Made by a program: the position numbers and the translations under genes. From the NCBI GenBank assembly GCA_032718475.1, contig JAUCBJ010007153.1, positions 1 to 34,562 on the forward strand: a DNA stretch of 34,562 nt. The letters run 5' to 3'. Source of the stretch: Nemertoderma westbladi. Its lineage: Eukaryota; Animalia; Xenacoelomorpha. The notes under the pieces were generated by a model. The model was not told where the DNA came from, made no database searches, and worked only from the letters and a program-made list of their open reading frames with translations. Positions 24,933-34,562 of this stretch are shown one piece after another; within the stretch, counting starts at the first letter, position 1, and each line of letters begins with the position of its first letter.

Positions 24933-26694
24933 TTAATCGAAATACGATTAAATTACTTGTCAAATAATTGGTTGGTCCAAAATGTCAAAATAAATTCGCA
25001 ATGCAATATTGCGAATTTAATAAGATACAATTATAGCAAATACCAATACAATATTTAAACAAAATATTATTCTATAGCTAATATAGCATTTAAATACCGG
25101 TATGACACAAAATAATTTTGAATCTAATACAAAATATTCAAAATGAACTTGCCACCCAAATATTTCTAACTCTACACATATAGCTCTAATTAACGCAATT
25201 TTAATTTCAAATATTATATGTATCCACTAGCGCGTGGCTACATCTTCGGGTTGCGACTCTCTCTATCTCTCTCTCTAACTCGAGCGATTCAAAAACCCAT
25301 GGCCGGCTAAACCTAACTAACCTAACTAATAAATTGAGTTCAGCTTCGCAGTTAAACAACCGGTAATTTTTTACTGCTTCCACAAACACAATGGTGCCAA
25401 CAGAACAACTAACCTTGTTTGCTGTGAGATTCCACGTCCGCATCCAAAGTTTCAGTCTTTTCGCTGATTGCAAACTGAACCCGCAGACCCACACGAACCC
25501 CAAACTCAGAAGCTCCGTCTTGCCATGTATCTCCAGATGGTATAAAACAACTAAGCGGTTATCTAACATACCGGTACAAACTCTAGATTTTATCACTAAA
25601 TAATTTTGACCAAAACTGAATTCTCACAAACCTAGCTAAAATTTTCAAAAAACTTACAACTTGCCCTATCGGCCTAATGAACTGCTGTATTTGCGATTAG
25701 TAAACGCACTACCGTACATCCACTGTGCGCAGTACAGTAAGTAAAACAGTACACTAACCTAACGGCCTAATGAATACTGTATGCGGTACAGCAAAACAAA
25801 TGTCTTTTCCACTGTACGCAGTACAGCAATCAGCCTACTGTACTACTGCATGCGACTAATGAATACAGTAATCTAACTTAACAGCCTAAGGATATACTCT
25901 CTGTCTTACTGTACACAGTACAGTACCTAAGACAGTAATCTTAATCTTACTTTACTGTACGCAGTACAGCAAAACAAACGTGCTTTACTGTTAAACAAAC
26001 TACCCCGTCCTAACCAATAAAGACACAAAGACTGCTCTATTTATTAAACAGGGTAATCAGGAGCGTATTATTACTAATGTAAGGCTGCTAAATACAAACC
26101 GCTACTTACCGTTGGATGGTGCTAATCTGCCGTCCGCTAATATATTTACTAATTTTATACGGCTCCAGCTAATTTCTTGTTCCTTTCTCTACAGATTACT
26201 CGATAGAGAGCTAACTGTTCGAATATATGAGCCACGCGGGAATAACCAAAACAATAAACCCGAATCGGCTCCCTAAGCTTACTTAAGACGAGTGCGAGAG
26301 ACTTTGCACTCCGAGTGTATTCCTACGGCCTAATTTTGCTGCTAAACACATGAACAATTACGTCTTTTCTAACCTAATCTAATCGCATCTAATCGCAAAG
26401 ACTGGGGTTCCCTAACGGAATGTGTGAATGTGAGAATATTTAAGTAATCAAAAATTGGTACAGTTTTTATTAGGGCTAATACCTACAGTGGGATCAGACT
26501 TACCTACGGCTGGCTTTAGACCAGCAATTTACTAATGCGCGCTAAATACTGTATACTATAATGTGACTTATTGTCTGCTAATTCAAATAACCGCCCAGCG
26601 TGAATAGTTACGGTACTCCAAATCTTACCTTAACTACTCTCCGCTATGCTGCGTACAAATTCTTAATTTTACTAATTAATTACAGTCACCAATA

Positions 26695-28113
26695 TGTATA
26701 GCGTACTAATTACTAAGTATTCCAGAATGCGCAATTCTAATTTATTACGCAACGGTAACACTAGTAACAGTCTAAAATACCATATTATTTTCGACCTAAT
26801 CAGTAATTATTTACAGTAATCTAAGAAATAGAAATCAATCAAAGGGAAAGAGCACCTATCTAAGCGTTCATGATTTATTAGGAACACTTTAACAACATAC
26901 CAATCAGCGTAACAACTCGCAATCTACAGTTCGCACGTAGCTTGCGACATAGTCTACAGTTTAGCTCGTAATGTAAAGCATGCAGGTCTCTCCCGGATAC
27001 ATCTGGAGCTTCCTAACTAACCCAATTTCTGCCCCCCTAATACTACAAAATAGAGACAAAATCTGGATTATCAGCCCCCTAATTACTGTACCGGCTAACC
27101 TGATTAACTCTACACCGCAAACTTCTCAGCCGCAATAGTATTCCCACCAGCGCTGCTCGCCCTTGAATCCTCCGCACCCCCTTCGTCGCTAACCCCCCGA
27201 TGCGCCCGCCGCGCCTACCGGTAACTTAGCCCTCCATCAGAATGAATAGCTACCGTAGCGGCGCATTCAAATCACCAAACAGTCTGACAGTCTAAGAAAT
27301 CCCGTAGGATTATTGTGTCGAAAGGAATCACATAGAACCATTTACTAAAGGGTAGAAATCATAGTTCCAATTGTAATTGACAGTAATCATTGGGATTGAT
27401 TGAGAAACACAAGCAAGAATCAGCAGAAATTACAAATTAGCGAATCATTTCAGGAAATAATTGCGAAAAAGCAGAAATACGTAAAATACAGAATAATTAG
27501 TCTGGGAATAAGAGAAATTACAAAGCACATACCGGAAACACGGCCAATTTATAGGTGATTCATGAGGGATGATGCAATCGCTCTCTCATTGGCTCTCCAA
27601 TCCGCGCCACCATTAGACCAACCTGGAAGCAGCTAGGCCAATAAGGAGGCCGGATTGTGAACCTATTGCTCCTAAAACCCACAATTCGTCACCATATATG
27701 GTTATTTTGCCGATGCTTAATTTCGCGGTACTAATATTATGATGCACAAAGGTTAATTTAGCGCGATTATAAAGAAAATTAAGACCAATAGCTAGCCCAT
27801 CAAGGCTAATAACAGCAAGCCCACATCCAGGGTCCAACAGGAAACTTGCTACCCTGGAACTATCTACTTATATCCTATTACAAAATTACATAGGTAGGGC
27901 TACATACTATACAAAATGGATGAATTCAAAATATATGGGCGTTTTATTTTCCTTATCTAAATGTCATTGCGCGTTATTATGTCTTATCTAAATAATTATA
28001 TTGCATAACGGACTAATATATTATACTGTACAACGGACTAATATATTATACTGTATAACGGACTAATATCTTATACTGTATAACGAATAGGTACAGCGCC
28101 ACATACCGCAACA
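26695..28113 (-). repeat. Candidate 5' LTR of the BEL element
   Basis: On minus: starts TGTTGCG; 25-bp tandem repeats; CCAAT boxes then TATAAA at 27553-27548; AATAAA at 26879-26874; ends CGCTATACA followed by TAT TGGTGAC (weak PBS-like, only 7 nt matching tRNA-Trp). No second LTR is available for confirmation. Confidence 0.4.
28007..28085. repeat. 25-bp tandem repeat x3
   Basis: Three copies of AACGGACTAATAT(A/C)TTATACTGTA(C/T). Confidence 0.95.
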
Positions 28114-28257
28114 TGCTGCTTATCGTTAGTTTATCTTTGGATTTGGGGTGGGTTGTAAATGCTCTTAAATGGTTTGAAACAGTCGTAATTTAAGGAAGCC
28201 AAGTCGTATCAGGTTGTAATGGTCGTAAAAAACGTAGCCAGGCTGAGATTATTACTG

Positions 28258-28810
28258 TAGTGGGGCATTCGCGCAGCCCGAGAGCCTATATAAGAAAGTG
28301 TACTAATCTCCATTAGATATATGAAAACTGTGTTTCCCAAAATGTCAAGAGTGATGCTTTTACTTTGTCTTAAACTGGTAGTAAAAAACACAGGTCCATT
28401 AATTAATTTAATTAGCAATTTATAAAGCTACTAACTAGTTTGCCCTCTAGCGGCAAACTTTAGAAGTGTAGGTGGAGCAGCGTCCCACAAAGTCGCAGCA
28501 GTGGGACAGGAGAAGGTTTAAACCTTCATATATTTCGCCCTCTAGCGGCAGACCGGATAACTGTGGCGGATTAGCCTTTGAAATAAACAACTGATAGTCT
28601 ATAATACATAAATGCTAAGTTTCAGGGTAGACAGATTAAAATGTTAAGGGTGAAAGGATTTCACTTTTAGACATTTCGCCCTCTAGCGACAGACTGGAGA
28701 ACTGCAGACGGATTATCCTCCTTTGAAATACACAGAGCTGATGGTCTAGTACATAGACAATAAGACATACGTATCTTCCAAGTTTCAGCTTGAACGGATT
28801 TGATTTGATT
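28258..28810 (-). mobile_element. HINE-like element related to 780-2346, opposite orientation
   Basis: GCCCTCTAGCG at about 28442, 28537 and 28678; 28640-28800 is the reverse complement of the ~146-bp core unit; same 3'-end motif at 28258. Confidence 0.75.
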
Positions 28811-28989
28811 TTTTTGGTAAAACAAGTTATAATGTAACCAGATGAACAATTGCAAAACAATAATAAAAAATTGATTCCAAAATAATTTATGTTAAAGTTA
28901 GAACCTTCCCGAAGTTCCCGTGCTAAAACTGTCTTTTTAATCAATATACTGTATGTACTCCTACTGATTGTACTGTAAGAGAAAGCAGA

Positions 28990-29250
28990 ACACCATGCAG
29001 GATTTGGGCTATGGAGGTTTTCCTAGTTCGCTGATTTAATTTCTGAGGACAGTTTTCACTTTTAATGATATCTAGTTTGTCTGTATGTGTCTGGCTGTCG
29101 GTCTATCTGCCTGTCTGTCAATATTTACGAAAAGGGCATACAACCTAACCTAGCAAAAGGTTTATATATATGGGTTTTCTGGTCGCTGAATTCCTTTCCG
29201 ATGTCGGTTTCACTTTTGATGGCTTCCTGAACTGTCTGTGAGGGCTGTCG
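28990..29250 (+). mobile_element. Fragment of a second DINE/HINE-like family
   Basis: Degenerate GTCT microsatellite (29078-29120) and two GGTTTTC..TCGCTGA core repeats. Confidence 0.4.
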
Positions 29251-29589
29251 ATTATATTTTAATTGTTTAAATTAAATTAAAATGTATGAATTCCATTAAT
29301 TAATTAATTCTAATTATATTAATTCCATTAATTCTTTTTCTGGTTGAATATTATTTTATTAATAGATCAGATGAATAATAATTATATATCATTAATTATT
29401 TTCCGGTTTAATTATATTTCATTAATTTATTTTTACATTTCCCATTTTCAAAATTAATAAAATTGGCCACAATTAACCACCGTATTATAGTCGATGTCGT
29501 GGGGGTGGAGGTTGATTTTATGACGCTACGGTACGGCTAATAAATGGGTACTGTCCTGTTACCCCCCCCCCCCCCCCCCCCCCCCCCCA

Positions 29590-30997
29590 GTGCTGTTACA
29601 CCCAGTCTTGTCCCCCCCCCCCCCCCCGTCACAGATAGTGATTCATGTTACCCCCAATCACAGGAAATGATTCATGTTAGTAACCATTTTAGTTACCCAT
29701 TGAGGGTAAGGAGCAGGTTTCAGAGACGGCTTTTTCTAACCAAAACAATAAACTATGTTGTTGCCATTTGAGGGAAAGGGGCAGGTTACAGAGGTGGCTT
29801 TTTCTAACCAAAACAATAAACGATCTTGTTGACTAAATTCACTAGCATATTTTTCTAACCAAAATAAGGCTAAACAATAATGTAACGTCATTACAATAAT
29901 AATCAATTTCTATCATTACCTATTGAGGAGGTGCAGGTTACACAAGCAGGCTTTTCTACTGTTGTTCTAACCAGAGCAATAAACGATACATACTGCATTA
30001 CCCCCGGTACTGTATCACTTACAATAAGGAAATGAGTCTGGCAGTGTATTGTAGGTAGAGTAGTAGGTATCTGTAGGTAGACAAAATCTGCTAGCAGAAT
30101 AATCCGGGTGCCGGGGGGACTAAATCCGCTAGCAGATCCGGTCCGGGGGGGGGGGGGGGGGGGGGGATTCTTCGGGGGACTGAATCCGCTGTTAGTTACA
30201 CCGGCTTCCTATAACAACATACTTAGAACTTTAACTTATATTAAAATTTTGGTTCAAAATAAGTTGCAAGCAGCACCCAATTGCCCAAACCCCCATCTAT
30301 TTAGTTAGTTAGTAATAACAATAGAAAAACAATACAAGATCCAAGATGTGACCTGATTCGTATATATAGATTGCACTGTAATATTCTATATAATGCCCTA
30401 ATTAACTAAAACTGCTAATTAACTAGGCACTAGGCCTATTAAGAAATGCCAAAAAAATGAAAAAAATGATTAATTATGTATTTAACTATTTAGGCAGCAG
30501 TATGTTAAGTTAATGCTTAGGCCTATAACAACATATGTAATTGGAATTGTTATATTAAAGTACCGGTAGGCCTATAAAGGAAAGTAAAGTATAAAAGTAA
30601 AATAAAGTAAAGTAGGCCTCCCTACAACAGTACAAGTATGCAGCGACTTAAGCCTGTAAGCAAGCAGGAAGGTCGCAGTGCAGTCAGGTTACTTACAGTC
30701 TGACAGTAGGGAATAGGACTAGAGTCAGACAGTATTGTAATAAGATAGGATGGAGTCCCCCAAACAGGAATAAGCCCCCATTGCTCAATTGACCGGACGC
30801 ATTGTAGCATTGACCGGACCCATCAGCCCATTGCCATTTAAAGGAGCAGGTTAGTAAAGGAGCAGGTTACAGCGTTACTGCAATACTGACAGAGGCGTGT
30901 TTAGGGGACCAAAAAAATAAATGAAAGCTAACTCATGTTTCAGGATTGTGGGTCCGGTCACAAAGTTGAGTAATAAGGGTCCGGTCTATAATACACA
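29590..30997. repeat. Direct repeat copy B (~1.4 kb)
   Basis: Matches 15235-16633; continues to a TIR-like end GGGTCCGGTCAGTAGCCACTTCCC at ~31095 that copy A lacks. Confidence 0.95.
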
Positions 30998-31095
30998 AGT
31001 AAATATATAAATCAAATATAAAGCTTCAATACGGTATTTCTGTATTTCAGTATCTAGAGGGTCCGGTCAATGGGTCCGGTCAGTAGCCACTTCCC

Positions 31096-31568
31096 AGTTT
31101 TCCCGTACAACTCGCGCCACATGAACTCGTCCAGGTGGCTGGGCAGCATGGTGCTCTGGACGCCCCACATCGACTTACTTCGATAAATCGGCGCTTGCAT
31201 TTCTTACAGTAGCGCTCGACCTGGTTTGTGCAGGCACCGGTATCTGGGTCGACGAAGTTCCGTGTCGTGTATCACGACTTGGTGGGTTTACAGTGTACAC
31301 CATGTTCAGCATGGTACCGATCCCTTCTTGGTACGCTGCCCAACCATCGGAATTAATGATGGATCCGGGCGCGATATAGTTGCCTATAATTATTGGCAGT
31401 AAAGTATTTGCCGAACGGTCGCCGACCATCTGAAGGAAGTCCTACTGTGTACACACGTGCAGATGGCGCCGAATACCAAGTGCCCGGGCACCTTGTGGCA
31501 CCACGTCTCCCTTTAGGCTTCGCTATTAGCGACTCATTGACTTCGACGATAACGCCCGGTTCGCCGAT
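31096..31568 (-). pseudogene. Merlin (IS1016/ISXO2-like, IS1595 family) DDE transposase, degenerate
   Basis: Across frames: IGEPGVIVEVNESLIAK, VGDRSANTLLPII..IAPGSIINSDGWAAY, NFVDPDTGACTNQVE, HLDEFMWR. The first catalytic Asp reads Asn; frameshifted. Confidence 0.88.
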
Positions 31569-32194
31569 ATAAAATACACAGTAAAACCTACATTCAAATA
31601 AATGAAACCGTATAGAAATGTAGGCGCAAATCACCAATTATAAAACATTAGGAACAACAAGGGAGTATATATATATACTTATATATACACCATCTCCCTT
31701 AATACAACAACCATTTTAAGCACGTCGGCGTTTTAAATTTCACTAAAAATTGCAAAAGGTCGCTATAATTCTAAATGTAAACAGCTATGATTCTAATGTT
31801 TTTATTACTCAATTCTAGAAAATTAATTACATTCAATTCAAAAGACAAAAAATAATGCCAACAGGCGACATAGATGGTTAAATATTGCTAAATTGGCGTC
31901 TTTTAACGGCTTGTTGTATCGAAATGGCTCAGAAATTAAAATTCAGGTTCTGCCAAAAGTAAGAAAGGTCATCAATGTCGAACTAACAATGCCAAATTTC
32001 GTTGCATGATTGAAAATTGAAAAAAATTAAGATGTGGTGAGGCTCCGACTTTCTAAAAATGGTTGTTGTAACCAACAACCATTGGTTGGTGTAAATAAAT
32101 TAAAATTAAAGGGTGACAATTCAATTCTCCAACTGGTGAGGTTTTAGTGGTTATTTTCAATTTATTTAGTCTTTCAGTCCTTATTTTATTAAAC

Positions 32195-34040
32195 ATGTCC
32201 TCTAATACTTTGAGTAACGAAGCTTGGGATTTATTGGATCGTATCATGGCAGATGAAAATGATTTTCAGTCCGGTGATGAGGAACAAGAGAACTCCGTCT
32301 CCCCACCAACTGTTAATAAAGAAATCAGCTACCCCAACAACGGAATAAACGTTAGTTTTAAATCAGAAGCGGAATCTATTTGCGGTACTTCCGAAGATAA
32401 TTCTCGAAAGATAAAACAGGAGATCATTACTGAGGAACAATATGTTACGAATCAAGTCAACAACACAAACAGCGGTATAAATGTTATCAGTTTTAAATCA
32501 GAAGCGGAATCTATTTGCGGTACTTCCGAAGATAATTCTCGAAAGATAAAACAGGAGATTCATTACTGAGGAACAATATGTTACGAATCAAGTCAACAAC
32601 ACAAACAGCGGTTTAAATGTTATCAGTTTTAAATCCAAAGCTGGAATCTATTTGCGGTACTTCCGAAGATATTTCTCGAAAGATAAAACAGGAATCATTA
32701 CTGAGGAACAATATGTTACGAATCAAGTCAACAACACAAACAGCGTATAAATGTTATCAGTTTTAAATCCGAAAGCGGAAACTATTTGCGGTACTGGTTC
32801 TCGAAGATAGATTGCGTTCGTGACAAACAAGTTAGTGAAAGGGGAAACTAGCATTGAATCCTCAGTGTAAACGGTTGTTGGGAACAATTTGGTAGGGAAG
32901 AAGAGATTTCAGATGATCAAGTGAAACAATCATGATTGTTTATTGTGATAAACAATTTTGTCACAAACGGAAGCTAAAGAGACACATTGATCAGTCCATA
33001 AAGGTGTCAAGTTTGATTGCGTTTCTTGTGACAAACAATTTAGTGAAAAGTGGGAACTAAAGAGACACGTTGAATCCGTCCATAAAGGTGTCAAGTTTGA
33101 TTGCGTTTCTTGTGACAAACAATTTAGCGAAAAGGGGTACCCTAAAGAGACACATTGAATCCGTCCATAAAGGTGTCAAGTTTGATTGCGGTTCTTGTGA
33201 CAAACAATTTAGCGAAAAGGGGACCCTAACGAGACACGTTGAATCAGTCCATAAAGGTGTCAAAATATATAATTTCGTTTCTTGTAACAAACAATTTAGC
33301 GAAAAGGGGAAACTAAAGAGACATGTTGAATCAGTCCATAAAGGTGTCAAAATATATAATTTCGTTTCTTGTAACAAACAATTTAGCGAAAAGGGGAAAC
33401 TAAAGAGACATGTTGAATCAGTCCATAAAGGTGTCAAAATATATAATTGCGTTTCTTGTGACAAACAATTTAATGATAAATTGAATCTAAAGACACACAT
33501 CATATCAGTTCATAAAGGTGTCAAGTTTGATTGCGTTTCTTGTGACAAACAATTTAGTGAAAAGTGCAATCTAAAGAGACACATTGATTCAGTCCATAAA
33601 GGTGTCAAGTTTGATTGCGTTTCTTGTGACAAACAATTTAGTGGAAAGTGGTATCTAAAGAGACACATTGAATCCGTCCATAAAGGTGTCAAGTTTGATT
33701 GCGGTTCTTGTGACAAACAATTTAGCGAAAAGGGGAAACTAACGAGACATGTTGAATCAGTCCATAAAGGTGTCAAAATATATAATTGCGTTTCTTGTGA
33801 CAAACAATTTAATGATAAATTGAATCTAAAGAACACATCCTATCAGTTCATAAAGGTGTCAAGTTTGATTGCGTTTCTTGTGACAAACAATTTAGTGAAA
33901 AGTGCAATCTAAAGAGACACATTGATTCAGTCCATAAAGGTGTCAAGTTTGATTGCGTTTCTTGTGACAAACAATTTAGTGAAAAGGGGCATCTAAAGAG
34001 ACACATTGAATCAGTCCATAAAGGTGTCAAGTATAAATAG
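32195..34040 (+). CDS. Tandem C2H2 zinc-finger protein (~13 fingers) with an acidic N-terminus and 45-aa repeats; frameshifted as assembled (pseudogene or sequence error)
   Basis: ATG at 32195 (AAACATG); fingers C-x2-C-x3-F-x5-L-x2-H-x4-H with HKGVKF/IY linkers; TAG at 34038-34040; frameshifts near 32560, 32630-32990, 33135 and 33835. Confidence 0.85.
32340..32810 (+). repeat. 135-bp (45-aa) coding tandem repeat, ~3.3 copies
   Basis: AGTTTTAAATC starts at 32354, 32489, 32625 and 32759; unit SFKSEAESICGTSEDNSRKIKQEIITEEQYVTNQVNNTNSGINVI. Confidence 0.95.
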
Positions 34041-34075
34041 TTGCATTTCTTGTGACGAACAATTTATTTACAAAC
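32930..34075 (+). repeat. 84/87-bp zinc-finger minisatellite
   Basis: CATAAAGGTGTCAA occurs 13 times at roughly 84-87 bp spacing. Confidence 0.97.
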
Positions 34076-34562
34076 AAGGACTGGGTCAAAATCACTAAAA
34101 GTGTCCAAAATTAGGTTGGGATTTTCGTCAAAAAAAATTTGTTTCAAAACTTATAAACATATCATTCGAAAGCTCTTTTTAGGAGAAGTTGATGAGCACA
34201 ATGAACAGCAATTAAATTTTATTTAATTTGCTCTATTATTTGGGTTTTAAGTTAAGTCCCCCCTCTGTAAGGCCATTTTCGTATAGTACAGTATAGAGCC
34301 TGTAATGGGGGGACGCATTACAGCGGGGGACATTTCCTGCCTGTTTTTTATCTCTTATATACATATTTTATAATGTTTGGGCAAGTTGAAAAGGCCGCGA
34401 AATTTCATTCAGCAAGCGACACACCCCGACTTCATAACTTTATTCTACCACTACATGAATATACTAACATGCAATTGGTTGAAATTTGTTCATCGGACAT
34501 GGGATAATTAATGGTTCTTTCATATTGTCGCCTGGTTTTTATGATTGGAGTTGTACATCTTG

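Larger units (their letters stand above)
16634..28113 (-). mobile_element. BEL/Pao LTR retrotransposon, defective and 3'-truncated
   Basis: Domain order gag-PR-RT-RH-IN with BEL-type motifs. The 3' end is broken at the integrase C-terminus; the 5' boundary (TGTTGCGG at 28113) is inferred. Confidence 0.9.

Noticed and set aside
25207-25596. 129-aa ORF in the BEL leader as an accessory or env gene
   Set aside because: No motif, signal peptide or clear transmembrane pattern, and it is upstream rather than downstream of pol.
25670-25870. Hammerhead ribozyme cores
   Set aside because: The motif is CTAATGA rather than CTGANGA, and no matching GAAA/three-stem arrangement was found.
28007-28085. 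CRISPR-like array (also considered for 1045-2245 and 7965-8165)
   Set aside because: No long conserved repeats with unique spacers, no cas genes, and a eukaryotic context.
15235-30997. The 1.4 kb direct repeats as the BEL LTRs (the minus strand starts TG)
   Set aside because: No PPT or PBS is adjacent; copy A cuts into the integrase; copy B continues into a TIR-like end; the content is nested MITE-like sequence with poly-G tracts; unrelated repeats lie between copy B and the leader.
33057-34030. Repetitive minus-strand ORFs (LNCLSQETQSNLTPLWTD)
   Set aside because: Typical antisense open frames of C2H2 arrays.

Overview
AT-rich, repeat-dense eukaryotic (animal, probably marine invertebrate) genomic DNA; no prokaryotic features. 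Main contents: (1) the first two coding exons of a SPATA1-like gene on + (14422-14523, 14798-14965), with no further exon found in the window; (2) a defective ~11.5 kb BEL/Pao LTR retrotransposon on - (about 16634-28113), with gag, protease, RT, RNase H and integrase, 3 in-frame stops, 4 frameshifts, a long leader, a candidate 5' LTR and no 3' LTR; (3) a ~1.4 kb near-identical direct duplication bracketing that element; (4) a C2H2 zinc-finger gene with an uninterrupted coding region (32195-34040), combining 45-aa tandem repeats carrying SUMO-consensus motifs with a minisatellite-like array of about 13 fingers that vary mainly at the recognition helix; (5) fragments of RTE and CRE non-LTR retrotransposons, a Merlin transposase, a possible Academ-like transposase, HINE/DINE-like elements with ~146-bp tandem units bearing a CTCF-like motif, several MITE/foldback elements, and TA-duplicating insertion footprints. 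All family assignments come from motif recognition by eye; no searches were run.
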